A stretch of 64,000 nt of DNA from a virus (Duplodnaviria > Caudoviricetes), in IMG/VR virus record IMGVR_UViG_3300032303_002003, positions 32,001-96,000 of that record; one strand, written 5' to 3'. A program made the position numbers and the translations under genes. This document shows, piece by piece, positions 1 to 9,279 of this stretch (position 1 is the stretch's first letter; every line of letters begins with the position of its first letter). The notes beneath the pieces were generated by a model. That model was not told the origin of the DNA, searched no databases, and worked only from the letters and a program-made list of their open reading frames with translations.

Positions 1-1
1 T

Positions 2-1405
2 ACAATTTCAAGTATTACAAACCCTGTTTGGGATGAAAAAACTGATAAGTGGACATCAAGAGACCCTTTTATTTTTATACCTTTATTACCTTACTTTATT
101 TATCAAGTTCCAAAAAAAGATGAAATAGTTTATGGACTTTATTATAACGCAGACTACAAATTCCAAGGGCAATTTTATGTTCAATCTTTATTTTCTTCCC
201 CTACCGCAACGCCGTTTGAGTATTATGTAGGTGGTGATAAATTTACGGGTGTTGGTAGTCAATATACAAATTCACTACCTTTAAAAAATCAAGACGGTAC
301 TTACGCAGGTCCAAAAAATGAAGGTGTTTTTCCTGAACCAGGTGATAATGCTATTTTAGGAAGGGGTAGTGCGGATTTAATTGTTAAAGAGGATGAAGTT
401 ATTCTTAGAGCGGGAAAAACAATAGGAAATATACAACCAAACACAATACCGGCAGCAAACAGTAATAGGTCATTTTTACAATTATCAAAGTTTAAAAATA
501 TTAAAATTTTAGATGATGTTAAAACTATAAACGTACAAGATGAAAAGGTAGTATTGGTTAAATATCTAATTGAGTGGGTTATCACAAATCCTGAAAATAC
601 TCAAGATAGCTTTACAGGTGCCGTCTATCTTTATAAATTAAGACCAAATATAAAAACTAATTCAAAGGAATTAAAAGTAGATTCTGATGTTGAAGGTTAT
701 AAGTTTTTAACTACTTATAGTCAATTTACCGCATTATCAAAAAAAGATACAATAACATTTATAAATGATTTTATAAAAACTTGTAATAGTCAAGGAGATA
801 TTGATGGTAAAAAAATATTTATAGAAGACCCTCACCCAATTTACTATAGACCTTCAAATTCAACATATGATAAATTAACCTCCTCGCCAACCGCTACAGT
901 ACCTCCAATTGTTTCTTCAAATTTAAATGAAATTTATAATGGTATAAGATTAAACACAACAACTTTAACTAAGGGATATGGTTTAATTTATACTAAAGAT
1001 AAGGTAGGATTTCCTTTTGATGTAAAATCTTGGGAGACACCAATTTACAAATATAATAATACTCCCGTTACTTTTGCAGGTGTTGGTGCGGATAAATTAC
1101 TTTTAATGTCTCATAAGTCCGAAATACCAGGTAAAGGTAAAATTAATTTGGATGGTACTCTTTATGGTATTACAAATGACACATTTACAGATGAAATATT
1201 ACCAAAAACATCATCTGCGGTGAGAGGGGAAGAATTATTAGAATTAATAAATTTAATTGTTAGATTTCTCACTACTCACACTCATGCATTTCCCGGATTA
1301 CCTCCTGTACCAGTAACACAAGACGGAACAAGCTCGGCGAGAATACTCGCAGAATTACAAAATGCAGTAAACACTATTTTAAATGAGAATATTCGTTTGA
1401 ATTGA
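2..1405 (+). CDS. 5'-truncated baseplate hub/spike protein (gp5/gpV-like)
   Basis: Frame 2 reads open from base 2 (TISSITNPVW...FPEPGDNAILGRGSADLIV) into the tracked 554..1405 ORF; C-terminal HTH (H-x-H) spike-tip motif. Confidence 0.6.
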   Translation, partial: TISSITNPVWDEKTDKWTSRDPFIFIPLLPYFIYQVPKKDEIVYGLYYNADYKFQGQFYVQSLFSSPTATPFEYYVGGDKFTGVGSQYTNSLPLKNQDGTYAGPKNEGVFPEPGDNAILGRGSADLIVKEDEVILRAGKTIGNIQPNTIPAANSNRSFLQLSKFKNIKILDDVKTINVQDEKVVLVKYLIEWVITNPENTQDSFTGAVYLYKLRPNIKTNSKELKVDSDVEGYKFLTTYSQFTALSKKDTITFINDFIKTCNSQGDIDGKKIFIEDPHPIYYRPSNSTYDKLTSSPTATVPPIVSSNLNEIYNGIRLNTTTLTKGYGLIYTKDKVGFPFDVKSWETPIYKYNNTPVTFAGVGADKLLLMSHKSEIPGKGKINLDGTLYGITNDTFTDEILPKTSSAVRGEELLELINLIVRFLTTHTHAFPGLPPVPVTQDGTSSARILAELQNAVNTILNENIRLN

Positions 1406-1428
1406 TATTTATATAATAAAACATATCA

Positions 1429-2925
1429 ATGTCAATATTTAGGTCTTATATAACTAAAAATAATACCATAATTTCTAATTCCTACACTAATACAGGAAGA
1501 AATCCTGTTACGGAATTAAGTTTTGGTTCATCAGATTATCTTCTACCCAATTACGGGTTTACAAGATTCATATTTAACTTGGATTTGGATGGGTTAATTA
1601 ATAATATTAAAAGTAATTTAATAACCACTGCATGCACGGATAATATGACACATTACCTTCAGATGACTAACACATCTTCATTCCAAGAAGATTTGTTAAA
1701 TACAAAAATGACAACAGGCAGAAGAAGGGCAACATCTTTTGATTTAATACTATTTAGAATTCCAAAAACACAAGGAGATATTGGTGACCCACAGTATTGG
1801 GATGAAGGTGTAGGTTATGATTTTAATGAGTTTAATTTGGCAATTGTAAATAATCAGGGTGGAGCATCTCCATTAACATACGTTAGTGACAGGTCTTATT
1901 CTGACAGACCATCAAATTGGTATAAAATAACAACTGTCACAGATTGGTCTCAACCGGGAATATATGATAATAAAGATGCTGGAATTGTTAATTTTTCTGA
2001 CTTATATATTGTTGATAGACAACATTTTGAGTTTGGAAATGAAGATATTAATTTCAATATGACCGACGAAATCAATAGTATTATTGATGGTAGTTTAACT
2101 GATGTTACAGGATGGGGAATTGCATTTCTTCCTGATGTAGAGAATATTACAGGATTAACCGAATCTTATAGTGTTGCATTTTTTACAAGACACACACAAA
2201 CTTTTTACCAACCTTATTTATTAACAACTTATGATGATTTAATTCAAGATGATAGAAACAATTTTGTAAAAAATCAAACTAATAAATTATACTTATACGT
2301 TTACCAAAATGGTAATCTAATAAACTTAGATGAGCTTCCTATCGCAACAATATTAGATAGAAATGATGACCCTGTTGTTTTAAATTTAACTGGTTGTCCA
2401 AGAACAACAGGTATATATGAAGTTGTTGTTCCCGCAGTTTTTAATAGTTATAACACTCCTTGTGAATTTTATGATATATGGAGTAATCTTAAATTAAATG
2501 GCGAAAATCTACCAAACATCACAAATCAATTTATTTTGAAAAATGTTGGAGCTAAAATTCAGGCGGGTTCACAATCAAACACACCTGAAGTATTTGGATT
2601 TGATTTTTATGGTATAAAACAAGATGAAAAAATATTAAACACTGACATTAAAAAAGTTGGTATTATAATTAAAAAGGCATACTCAACACAAACATTATTA
2701 TCTGATGTTGACGCATATTATAGAATATATGTTAGAGAAGGAACTACAGAGGTTCAAGTTCAAGATTGGACTAAAATTAATAGAACACCTAACGAATATT
2801 ACTTCATTTTTGATACAACAGATAAAATTCCAAATCAATATTATGTTGATATGAAGGTTAATATAAGTGGTCAAAAAGATACTTACAAAAAACAATTAAC
2901 TTTTCAGATAGTAAACAAGAAATAA
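1429..2925 (+). CDS. putative virion structural protein (baseplate/tail associated)
   Basis: 498 aa, T/N/D-rich beta-type composition, follows spike gene, TATTTAT motif upstream. Confidence 0.45.
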   Translation: MSIFRSYITKNNTIISNSYTNTGRNPVTELSFGSSDYLLPNYGFTRFIFNLDLDGLINNIKSNLITTACTDNMTHYLQMTNTSSFQEDLLNTKMTTGRRRATSFDLILFRIPKTQGDIGDPQYWDEGVGYDFNEFNLAIVNNQGGASPLTYVSDRSYSDRPSNWYKITTVTDWSQPGIYDNKDAGIVNFSDLYIVDRQHFEFGNEDINFNMTDEINSIIDGSLTDVTGWGIAFLPDVENITGLTESYSVAFFTRHTQTFYQPYLLTTYDDLIQDDRNNFVKNQTNKLYLYVYQNGNLINLDELPIATILDRNDDPVVLNLTGCPRTTGIYEVVVPAVFNSYNTPCEFYDIWSNLKLNGENLPNITNQFILKNVGAKIQAGSQSNTPEVFGFDFYGIKQDEKILNTDIKKVGIIIKKAYSTQTLLSDVDAYYRIYVREGTTEVQVQDWTKINRTPNEYYFIFDTTDKIPNQYYVDMKVNISGQKDTYKKQLTFQIVNKK

Positions 2926-2952
2926 AAGATATTTATTATAAATTAAAATATT

Positions 2953-3150
2953 ATGGCAACATATAGTGCAAACACGTTTTATGAATATACCAATCAAAGA
3001 TTAGGTAGTTTTTCAGGGGGTACTTGGAATTCTTCTTTGGGGAATGCTCCTCATCCGCAAGCTATAACATATTCTCGTACAACTACTGGAGATACTGTTA
3101 TTGACTTATCAAGCATAACAATAGGTGGGTTCAATGGATTAAATAATTAA
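2953..3150 (+). CDS. small hypothetical late protein
   Basis: 65 aa ORF, GATATTTATT upstream. Confidence 0.55.
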   Translation: MATYSANTFYEYTNQRLGSFSGGTWNSSLGNAPHPQAITYSRTTTGDTVIDLSSITIGGFNGLNN

Positions 3151-3153
3151 AAT

Positions 3154-3762
3154 ATGAAAATAAGATTAACAGAGTCGGAACTTATTAGTTTAATAAGACA
3201 AACTATTAAAGAACAAAGATGCGGAAAAGAAAAAGGATTTGGTTGTAAAGAAAAAGGTGATATAACAGGCTCAAACCTATCTAAAATTGGTGGTATAAGC
3301 GGTGGCGATAAAGGAGTTGGTGACGGTACATACGAAGACACAATTAGTGGCGGTTCAAATTTTGCGGAAATTAGTAATTTCTTATCTTACGATGATAATG
3401 ATAAAGATTTAATTATGACATCATATAAAAATGATAGAGATTCGTTACCTGCTGAAGTTCAACCACCAAGTAAAAAAAATAAAATGGATTATTATACTGC
3501 GGCTTGGAGAGATGCTGATAGATTTAATAGAAAAAATTCTAATACAGAATATACAAAATATTTTGACACATCAGGTAATTTTAAAAATCCTGAAGATAGG
3601 TCAAAGTTTATAGGTGCAGATATATATTTTCCTTTTTATAAACACCATTTCCCTAATAAACAAAAAATAACACCTCTTGATGTTATTAATCTATTTAAAA
3701 ATAATCTTGGTGGATTAGATAAATTTGTAACCGCCGCTAGTACAGGGTATAAAATTCAATAA
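3154..3762 (+). CDS. hypothetical protein with class A leader (MKIRLTESELISLIRQTIKE)
   Basis: ORF track; shared leader motif. Confidence 0.7.
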   Translation: MKIRLTESELISLIRQTIKEQRCGKEKGFGCKEKGDITGSNLSKIGGISGGDKGVGDGTYEDTISGGSNFAEISNFLSYDDNDKDLIMTSYKNDRDSLPAEVQPPSKKNKMDYYTAAWRDADRFNRKNSNTEYTKYFDTSGNFKNPEDRSKFIGADIYFPFYKHHFPNKQKITPLDVINLFKNNLGGLDKFVTAASTGYKIQ

Positions 3763-3764
3763 TT

Positions 3765-4232
3765 ATGAAAACAATTAAATTAACAGAAACAGACATAAAT
3801 CGTCTTGTTAAAAAAGTTCTTAGAGAACAAGAATCACCAAATTATATGTTTTTTAGTAATTTGGAACAAATGAAAAGACAATGTGAATTATTATTGGAAT
3901 TAGACCCCCGTACGGTGGACGAGATTCTAATGAATGGACACGATTGGGCTGATGACCATATTTCAACCGCAAAGGAGAATATTGACCAAGTATTTGACTT
4001 TATGATGAATGAAACAAAACGTGAAGAAAATATACCTCACGATGAAATGGATATGATGTCTGAAGGACGTAAAAAATCAGGAACTAAATTATGTGCTCGT
4101 GGTAAATCCGCAGCAAAATCTAAATTTAAGGTTTACCCCTCGGCATATGCGAACGGTTACGCCGTTCAAGTATGTAAGGGTAAAATGCCTGGTTCAGACG
4201 GTAAGAAAAGATGTTCCCCACCTTATTGTTAA
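3765..4232 (+). CDS. hypothetical protein with class A leader and basic Cys-containing C-terminal module (KFKVYPSAYANG)
   Basis: ORF track; leader MKTIKLTETDINRLVKKVLRE. Confidence 0.7.
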   Translation: MKTIKLTETDINRLVKKVLREQESPNYMFFSNLEQMKRQCELLLELDPRTVDEILMNGHDWADDHISTAKENIDQVFDFMMNETKREENIPHDEMDMMSEGRKKSGTKLCARGKSAAKSKFKVYPSAYANGYAVQVCKGKMPGSDGKKRCSPPYC

Positions 4233-4269
4233 GAAATTAAAAACCCCTCCAAAAGAGGGGTTAATTTTT

Positions 4270-4695
4270 TTACTGAATATCCATCACTTCTAAATCAAAT
4301 ATGAGTTTCTTACCCGCCAAAGGATGATTAGCATCAATCTTAATCATATCCTCCATAACATCTACTACTGTTACATTTACAGGGCCCATACTACTTTGAG
4401 CATTTAAGATATCACCCGCCTGAACATTCTCAGGAAATTGAGTTTTAGGTACATCAAATACCATTTCTTCTTTATAATCACCATAAGCATCTACCGCCTC
4501 AATTTCAATTGTTTTCTTTTCTCCAATCTCCATCTCAAGAAGTCCATTTTCAAATCCTGGAATTACTTGTTTTGCACCAATAGTTGCTTTAATAGGTTCT
4601 CTTCCTTCAATTAAGGAAGTATCAAAAATTTGTCCATCTTCAAATTTTCCTGTGTAATTTACACTTACTGTGTCTCCGTTTTGTACTTTTTTCAT
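4270..4695 (-). CDS. FKBP-type peptidyl-prolyl isomerase (SlyD/SlpA-like)
   Basis: VSVNYTGKFEDGQIFDTS, VIPGFENGL and DANHPLAGKKLIF motifs. Confidence 0.92.
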   Translation of the reverse strand: MKKVQNGDTVSVNYTGKFEDGQIFDTSLIEGREPIKATIGAKQVIPGFENGLLEMEIGEKKTIEIEAVDAYGDYKEEMVFDVPKTQFPENVQAGDILNAQSSMGPVNVTVVDVMEDMIKIDANHPLAGKKLIFDLEVMDIQ

Positions 4696-4761
4696 TATTA
4701 TTTTTTTTTAAAAATAGGTGACTATATTTGTTTAATCAATAAAAAACACTAACTTTGTGTT

Positions 4762-5163
4762 ATGAATACTGAAAAAAAATCCGGATTACTTCATAGATTA
4801 TACCTATATCTTAAAAACAAGTTTGACCCTACTCCCGAACCTAAAGAAGAAGAAATTTATGTTCTTGAAATTTGTAAAAAATTAATTGTTAATACAAATT
4901 CAAAATTAACAAATGCACCAATTTCGTTTAAAAGATTTATAAAAAATGACGATAATAATATGTTTATTGTTATTAACAACAGAACAATAAGTCTAATAAA
5001 TCACGTATATAGTTATAATGTTTTTATTGAATCATTTGAACATTATTCAGACATTTGTGAATTATTTGATAATGAAATGGAAAAAAGAAGACAAGAACTT
5101 GAAGATGAAATAAAAAATAATATTCAACATTCTTTAAAAGAAATACTTAAAAAAGTTAGTTAA
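4762..5163 (+). CDS. hypothetical protein
   Basis: 133 aa ORF; TAACTTTG four nt before ATG. Confidence 0.65.
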   Translation: MNTEKKSGLLHRLYLYLKNKFDPTPEPKEEEIYVLEICKKLIVNTNSKLTNAPISFKRFIKNDDNNMFIVINNRTISLINHVYSYNVFIESFEHYSDICELFDNEMEKRRQELEDEIKNNIQHSLKEILKKVS

Positions 5164-5851
5164 AATTTTCTCTTAATATTTTTCTAATTAAATCTCTTGT
5201 AGATTCATTTTTTGGTTTGTAATGAGTCATTTTTGGTTTGTTTCCCGTACCTGATTTTGAATGAGATTTTTCTGCCTTTCTTTTTTGCTGACAAGCACTT
5301 CTTTTTTGTGAATCTGTCATTTTTGATGCAACTCCTGCAGCTCTACATTTAGGATATCCTTTGTCAGATGCATCAGGTCTACCACAAGGAGGATGTCCTC
5401 CACCCTCTTTTTTACGACAAATATTAACCCACGGACCTTTTGGTTGTTTACTACCTTTTGGTTTTTTCTTTGTACCAAACCACACTCCTAAATCTTCATT
5501 AACTAAATCAGATTCTTTTCCAGGTGTTCCTGGTGTAGTATCTCCCATAGGAATAAAGCCATTTAAAGGGTTACCATCGTCATCATTTTGTCCAAAAGCA
5601 TCTGATGCTTTTCTTGAAAGTTTTTTTGTGAGTCTTTCTATTTTGTCCGCCCTTTCTTTTGAAATATCTAAAGAACCATCATAACTATCGTAAGCTAAAG
5701 TTTGATTTAAATATTCAGATACCCTTATGTTAAAAGGTTCCAAAGGTTCTTTACCCCAATCAAGAGGCGCAAAGTTTATTGGTGTTTTAAAACTCCCAGA
5801 ACTTCCTGAACCTGTAGCTTCCCTTAATGATTTTTTTATTATATATTTCAC
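5156..5851 (-). CDS. hypothetical late protein with basic Cys/Trp module (DLGVWF...WVNIC...PCGR...YPKC)
   Basis: 231 aa ORF, GTG start, TATTTAT upstream. Confidence 0.65.
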   Translation of the reverse strand: MKYIIKKSLREATGSGSSGSFKTPINFAPLDWGKEPLEPFNIRVSEYLNQTLAYDSYDGSLDISKERADKIERLTKKLSRKASDAFGQNDDDGNPLNGFIPMGDTTPGTPGKESDLVNEDLGVWFGTKKKPKGSKQPKGPWVNICRKKEGGGHPPCGRPDASDKGYPKCRAAGVASKMTDSQKRSACQQKRKAEKSHSKSGTGNKPKMTHYKPKNESTRDLIRKILRENFN

Positions 5852-5879
5852 TAAATAATAAATATCTTAAATTTTAATT

Positions 5880-6116
5880 ATGACAGGAACAACAGAACCA
5901 ATTGGGTATCTTTTTGAAAGTATTGCAATATATGACCCATCCTCAGTATCTATTTTTATTGACAAAATGATACCTGAGCAGGCTTTTTACGTAGTGACTC
6001 AAGCAATTCAAATGGCGTATAATAAAAATTTATATTCTATGCAAGAAACGGAAATACTCTCAAAAGCACTTAGGATAATATCTGAACCACAAGTAAAAGA
6101 AACCCCCACCGAATGA
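5880..6116 (+). CDS. hypothetical protein
   Basis: 78 aa ORF followed by hairpin and T-run. Confidence 0.55.
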   Translation: MTGTTEPIGYLFESIAIYDPSSVSIFIDKMIPEQAFYVVTQAIQMAYNKNLYSMQETEILSKALRIISEPQVKETPTE

Positions 6117-6267
6117 TGTTGGGTTTTTTTTATTTAATTACCTAACAAAAAAAAAATCCCTTCATAAAAGAAGGGAATTAAAATAATTAATGAAATATAA
6201 AACATTTCGACTGTATGAGAAATATAAAATTTTATTTAACATTAAAAATATTTTTTATAAATAGTTA

Positions 6268-6663
6268 TTAAATCCCAAATTCTGATTTAATATAACCAAG
6301 AGATTCTACATATGTAACCAATTCATTCATTACATCTTTATGTTTTATAACAAAATTACCAATTTCCCTTCTGATTTTGTTGTCATAGGCGCCAGCTCTT
6401 CTATGAAAGTCATCTATTCTAGATTTCAAATTCAACCATTCATCAGATGAACTGAGATTTTTCATAATATCGTTCAATTTTTTTTGATAACTCTCATTTT
6501 TACTATCATAGAAAAATAAAAATAAATTACCATACCCCAAAGGATTTATTCTTCTTGACATTACATCATCTTCTTTTAGATATAAATTTTTAGTTGCGCT
6601 TTCGTGAAGGTTCAAAATTCTGTTTTTTTCTTCTTGACCAATCTCAAAGATATTTTTTTTCAT
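6268..6663 (-). CDS. hypothetical protein with class C leader (IGQEEKNRILNLH...LYLKE)
   Basis: ORF track; shared leader; TATTTAT upstream. Confidence 0.65.
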   Translation of the reverse strand: MKKNIFEIGQEEKNRILNLHESATKNLYLKEDDVMSRRINPLGYGNLFLFFYDSKNESYQKKLNDIMKNLSSSDEWLNLKSRIDDFHRRAGAYDNKIRREIGNFVIKHKDVMNELVTYVESLGYIKSEFGI

Positions 6664-6685
6664 ATTCTTTTAATATATAAATATA

Positions 6686-7375
6686 TTAAAAATAGAAAAT
6701 CATCTTGTTAGATTTTTTTATATTTTCATCTCCCCACATCGGTTGAAGATTATCCAAACTCCAACACCTCATAAACTCATTATCTCCGATTTCTTGTAAG
6801 TTAAATGATGTGATTGGTAATCTATGGTCAACATGCCATTCCCCGTAATTTTCCCACGTCATACCCTCTGTAAACTGATTTTCCAAGTGAGTGGCAAGTT
6901 CCTCAGGTGAATATTGTAGTATTTCAAAATAATGTCCGTATTTATCCATATTATTTTCTTTTAATACTGTCCATATCGCTGTCCTGAAATTAGCAACTAG
7001 TTTATATAGGGGGTCGTTCGCTTTCCGGGTTCTTTCGTAGTTACGTTTAACCTCTCTGATTTTATCAATATTCTTTTCTCGGTATTCTTTAAGATATTCT
7101 TTACGGTGTTCTTTGTTTTGTTCGTACCAATTTTTGGATTTTTCTGACATATAATTCTTATTCTTTTCTCTCCATTTTTTGTCTGCTATCTTTTTACCAC
7201 CAATAAACCGTCTACCCGAAGGTCCCAAATTAACACCATTATCTCTTAAAGTATTTAATACGATTGTTTTATGTATTTTCAGTTTTTCACTTATTGTGGG
7301 GGAACCTAATAATTCTTCATTATATAATCTTAAAATTTCTTTAATTTGTTCTTCGGTTAAAATTAATTTTCTCAT
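6686..7375 (-). CDS. free-standing HNH homing endonuclease
   Basis: MTWENYGEWHVDH...NLQPMW..EN.KK motif; start moved to MRKLIL, four nt after TATTTAT. Confidence 0.8.
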   Translation of the reverse strand: MRKLILTEEQIKEILRLYNEELLGSPTISEKLKIHKTIVLNTLRDNGVNLGPSGRRFIGGKKIADKKWREKNKNYMSEKSKNWYEQNKEHRKEYLKEYREKNIDKIREVKRNYERTRKANDPLYKLVANFRTAIWTVLKENNMDKYGHYFEILQYSPEELATHLENQFTEGMTWENYGEWHVDHRLPITSFNLQEIGDNEFMRCWSLDNLQPMWGDENIKKSNKMIFYF

Positions 7376-7425
7376 AATTATAAATATACAACATTTATCC
7401 AAAAAATCTATAGTTATTATAATAA

Positions 7426-7458
7426 ATAAAAAAAAAGGAGACAATTTCTTGTCTCCTT
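7426..7458 (-). terminator. intrinsic terminator after major capsid gene
   Basis: AAGGAGACAA/TTGTCTCCTT stem followed by T-run on minus strand. Confidence 0.85.
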
Positions 7459-7480
7459 AAGTGTATTTGTAAGAGTTTGA

Positions 7481-9244
7481 TTATCTCAATTCTCTTAAAT
7501 CAAATGTTCTAACACCATCTACAGTAATTCTTCCGTAAAAGCGATTATTTACCATCTTTTTTGCGTATCTAGTCATGATACCTTTGATTGGTGTAAAGTT
7601 AAACGGATTGTACATAGTTGGAGTTAATTGTAGAGGTACGTACGGTGCGTAGATGTAACCTGTATCTAACAATGACGTTCCTTTGTGTCCCATTAAAACT
7701 GTGTTTGCTGGGAAGTAAGGGTCACGATAAACTTGGTAACGACCAGCCAAAGTACCTACTCTTTCAATACCCATATTGTATTGGTCTTGCTCAGGAGCTG
7801 CGTTTGATACGTGGAAATATTCCAAATCATCAAAAATTGCACTGATTTCAGAAGAAACAACAATCCAGTTAGCACCACCTCTAAGAGTTGATTTATGGAT
7901 TTGTGCAGAAATTTGGTTGATTGCAGTAATCAAAGTTTGGTTCCAATCTTTTTGAGTGTATGGAACTGCTTGACTTCCTAATCTCTTCCAACCGTTGTAA
8001 TCCCAACGTAAGTTCCAAGCGGCACCTTTACGTAAATCACGAAGGATTTCACGGTCGATTTCCGCCGCAACTTGTTCAGACAATAAAGCTGTTAATTCAG
8101 CTTCAGCGTCAATGTTGTGGAATGCTGCAACGTCTTGAGCCATTTCAGGAGACCATTGAGCTCTTAATTTTCTTTCAGTAACAGAAACTGTTACAGATTG
8201 AAGGTCAAAAGAAACTTCACCAATTTTATCTTCAAATTCCATATTTTTGTATACTCTGTAAGTTGCGTTAAATAAGTTAGTCGCTGAAGAACCAGCTCCA
8301 ATTGTTGTACCTGAATAACCATCAAGTGAGTTAGCACCTACAGTACAAGGTACTTGTAAATCAACTTCAAGATAGATTATACCATCTGCAGAACAAATGT
8401 TATCATATGTACCACCATTACCTGTTCCAGGGAATGATGTTGTGGTTTGAGTACCATATTGAACAATACCTCTACCATACTTCTGAGTAACAACTCTGAA
8501 AAGGAAGTTACCGCTTACAGCAGAAAGAGCACCAGTACCTGCGGTAATAGTCAAATCAGACAAGAATGATTCGTTATCCATTGTTTGACCATCAGGACCG
8601 ATTAATTTTCCTGCTCCGCCTGACGCAAAACCTGACATAGCAACTAATACTTTTCTGTATTCACCAGCGGTGTAAGCAGAAGTTGCTAAATTACCTCCTG
8701 TCCATACAACAGTAGTTGCAACTGCGCTAATCGCTGAAAATTGACCTTTTGAATAATCAAACAATCCTGGTGGGTCTAAAGCTGGTTCATTACCTTCGTA
8801 GAATCTGTCATACAAATTCTTATCAGTATTCCAGCTGTAACCTGCTCCAGGACTTGTAGGCCCGTTTGGTGCACCTATTGGAGAATAGTGTGCGTTTGCG
8901 GTATCATACCCCTGAATGTTAGGTACAAAGTAGAACAATTTACCAATTGGTAAGTTCATAGCTTGTACAGAAACGATATCGTTAGCCAACAACTTAGAGA
9001 ATACTCTACGTACGATTGGAAACACAACAGTTTCAAATGCACCTGTATCAGATGTTGATGATGCTTCGTTTATCAAGAATGATGCTTGGTTTTCATATAA
9101 CTGTGCAACATTTTCTTTTAGGTGGCCTCTAAGACCTTCAAGGAACCCTAATTTGTCCCATTTGTTAATAGTATCTTCTTTGATAACTTTAAGGTGCTTA
9201 AGACCAATGTTACCAACGAGACCTGATTCTAATAATGCTCCCAT
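7481..9244 (-). CDS. major capsid protein (T4 gp23-like)
   Basis: RKLRAQWSPEMAQD, DAEAELTALLSEQVAAEIDREI, YAPYVPL and GIMTRY motifs. Confidence 0.96.
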   Translation of the reverse strand: MGALLESGLVGNIGLKHLKVIKEDTINKWDKLGFLEGLRGHLKENVAQLYENQASFLINEASSTSDTGAFETVVFPIVRRVFSKLLANDIVSVQAMNLPIGKLFYFVPNIQGYDTANAHYSPIGAPNGPTSPGAGYSWNTDKNLYDRFYEGNEPALDPPGLFDYSKGQFSAISAVATTVVWTGGNLATSAYTAGEYRKVLVAMSGFASGGAGKLIGPDGQTMDNESFLSDLTITAGTGALSAVSGNFLFRVVTQKYGRGIVQYGTQTTTSFPGTGNGGTYDNICSADGIIYLEVDLQVPCTVGANSLDGYSGTTIGAGSSATNLFNATYRVYKNMEFEDKIGEVSFDLQSVTVSVTERKLRAQWSPEMAQDVAAFHNIDAEAELTALLSEQVAAEIDREILRDLRKGAAWNLRWDYNGWKRLGSQAVPYTQKDWNQTLITAINQISAQIHKSTLRGGANWIVVSSEISAIFDDLEYFHVSNAAPEQDQYNMGIERVGTLAGRYQVYRDPYFPANTVLMGHKGTSLLDTGYIYAPYVPLQLTPTMYNPFNFTPIKGIMTRYAKKMVNNRFYGRITVDGVRTFDLRELR

Positions 9245-9279
9245 TTTTATTGTTTTTTTGTTTTTAGTTTATTTTTTTT

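Noticed and set aside
6686-7375. MRKLILTEEQIKEILRLY as a class A leader on the HNH protein
   Set aside because: Equally well explained as the first helix of an N-terminal helix-turn-helix; not counted
7376-7425. Target-mimic operator upstream of the capsid-linked HNH
   Set aside because: Only a 7-nt AT-rich match to the capsid gene end; indistinguishable from chance
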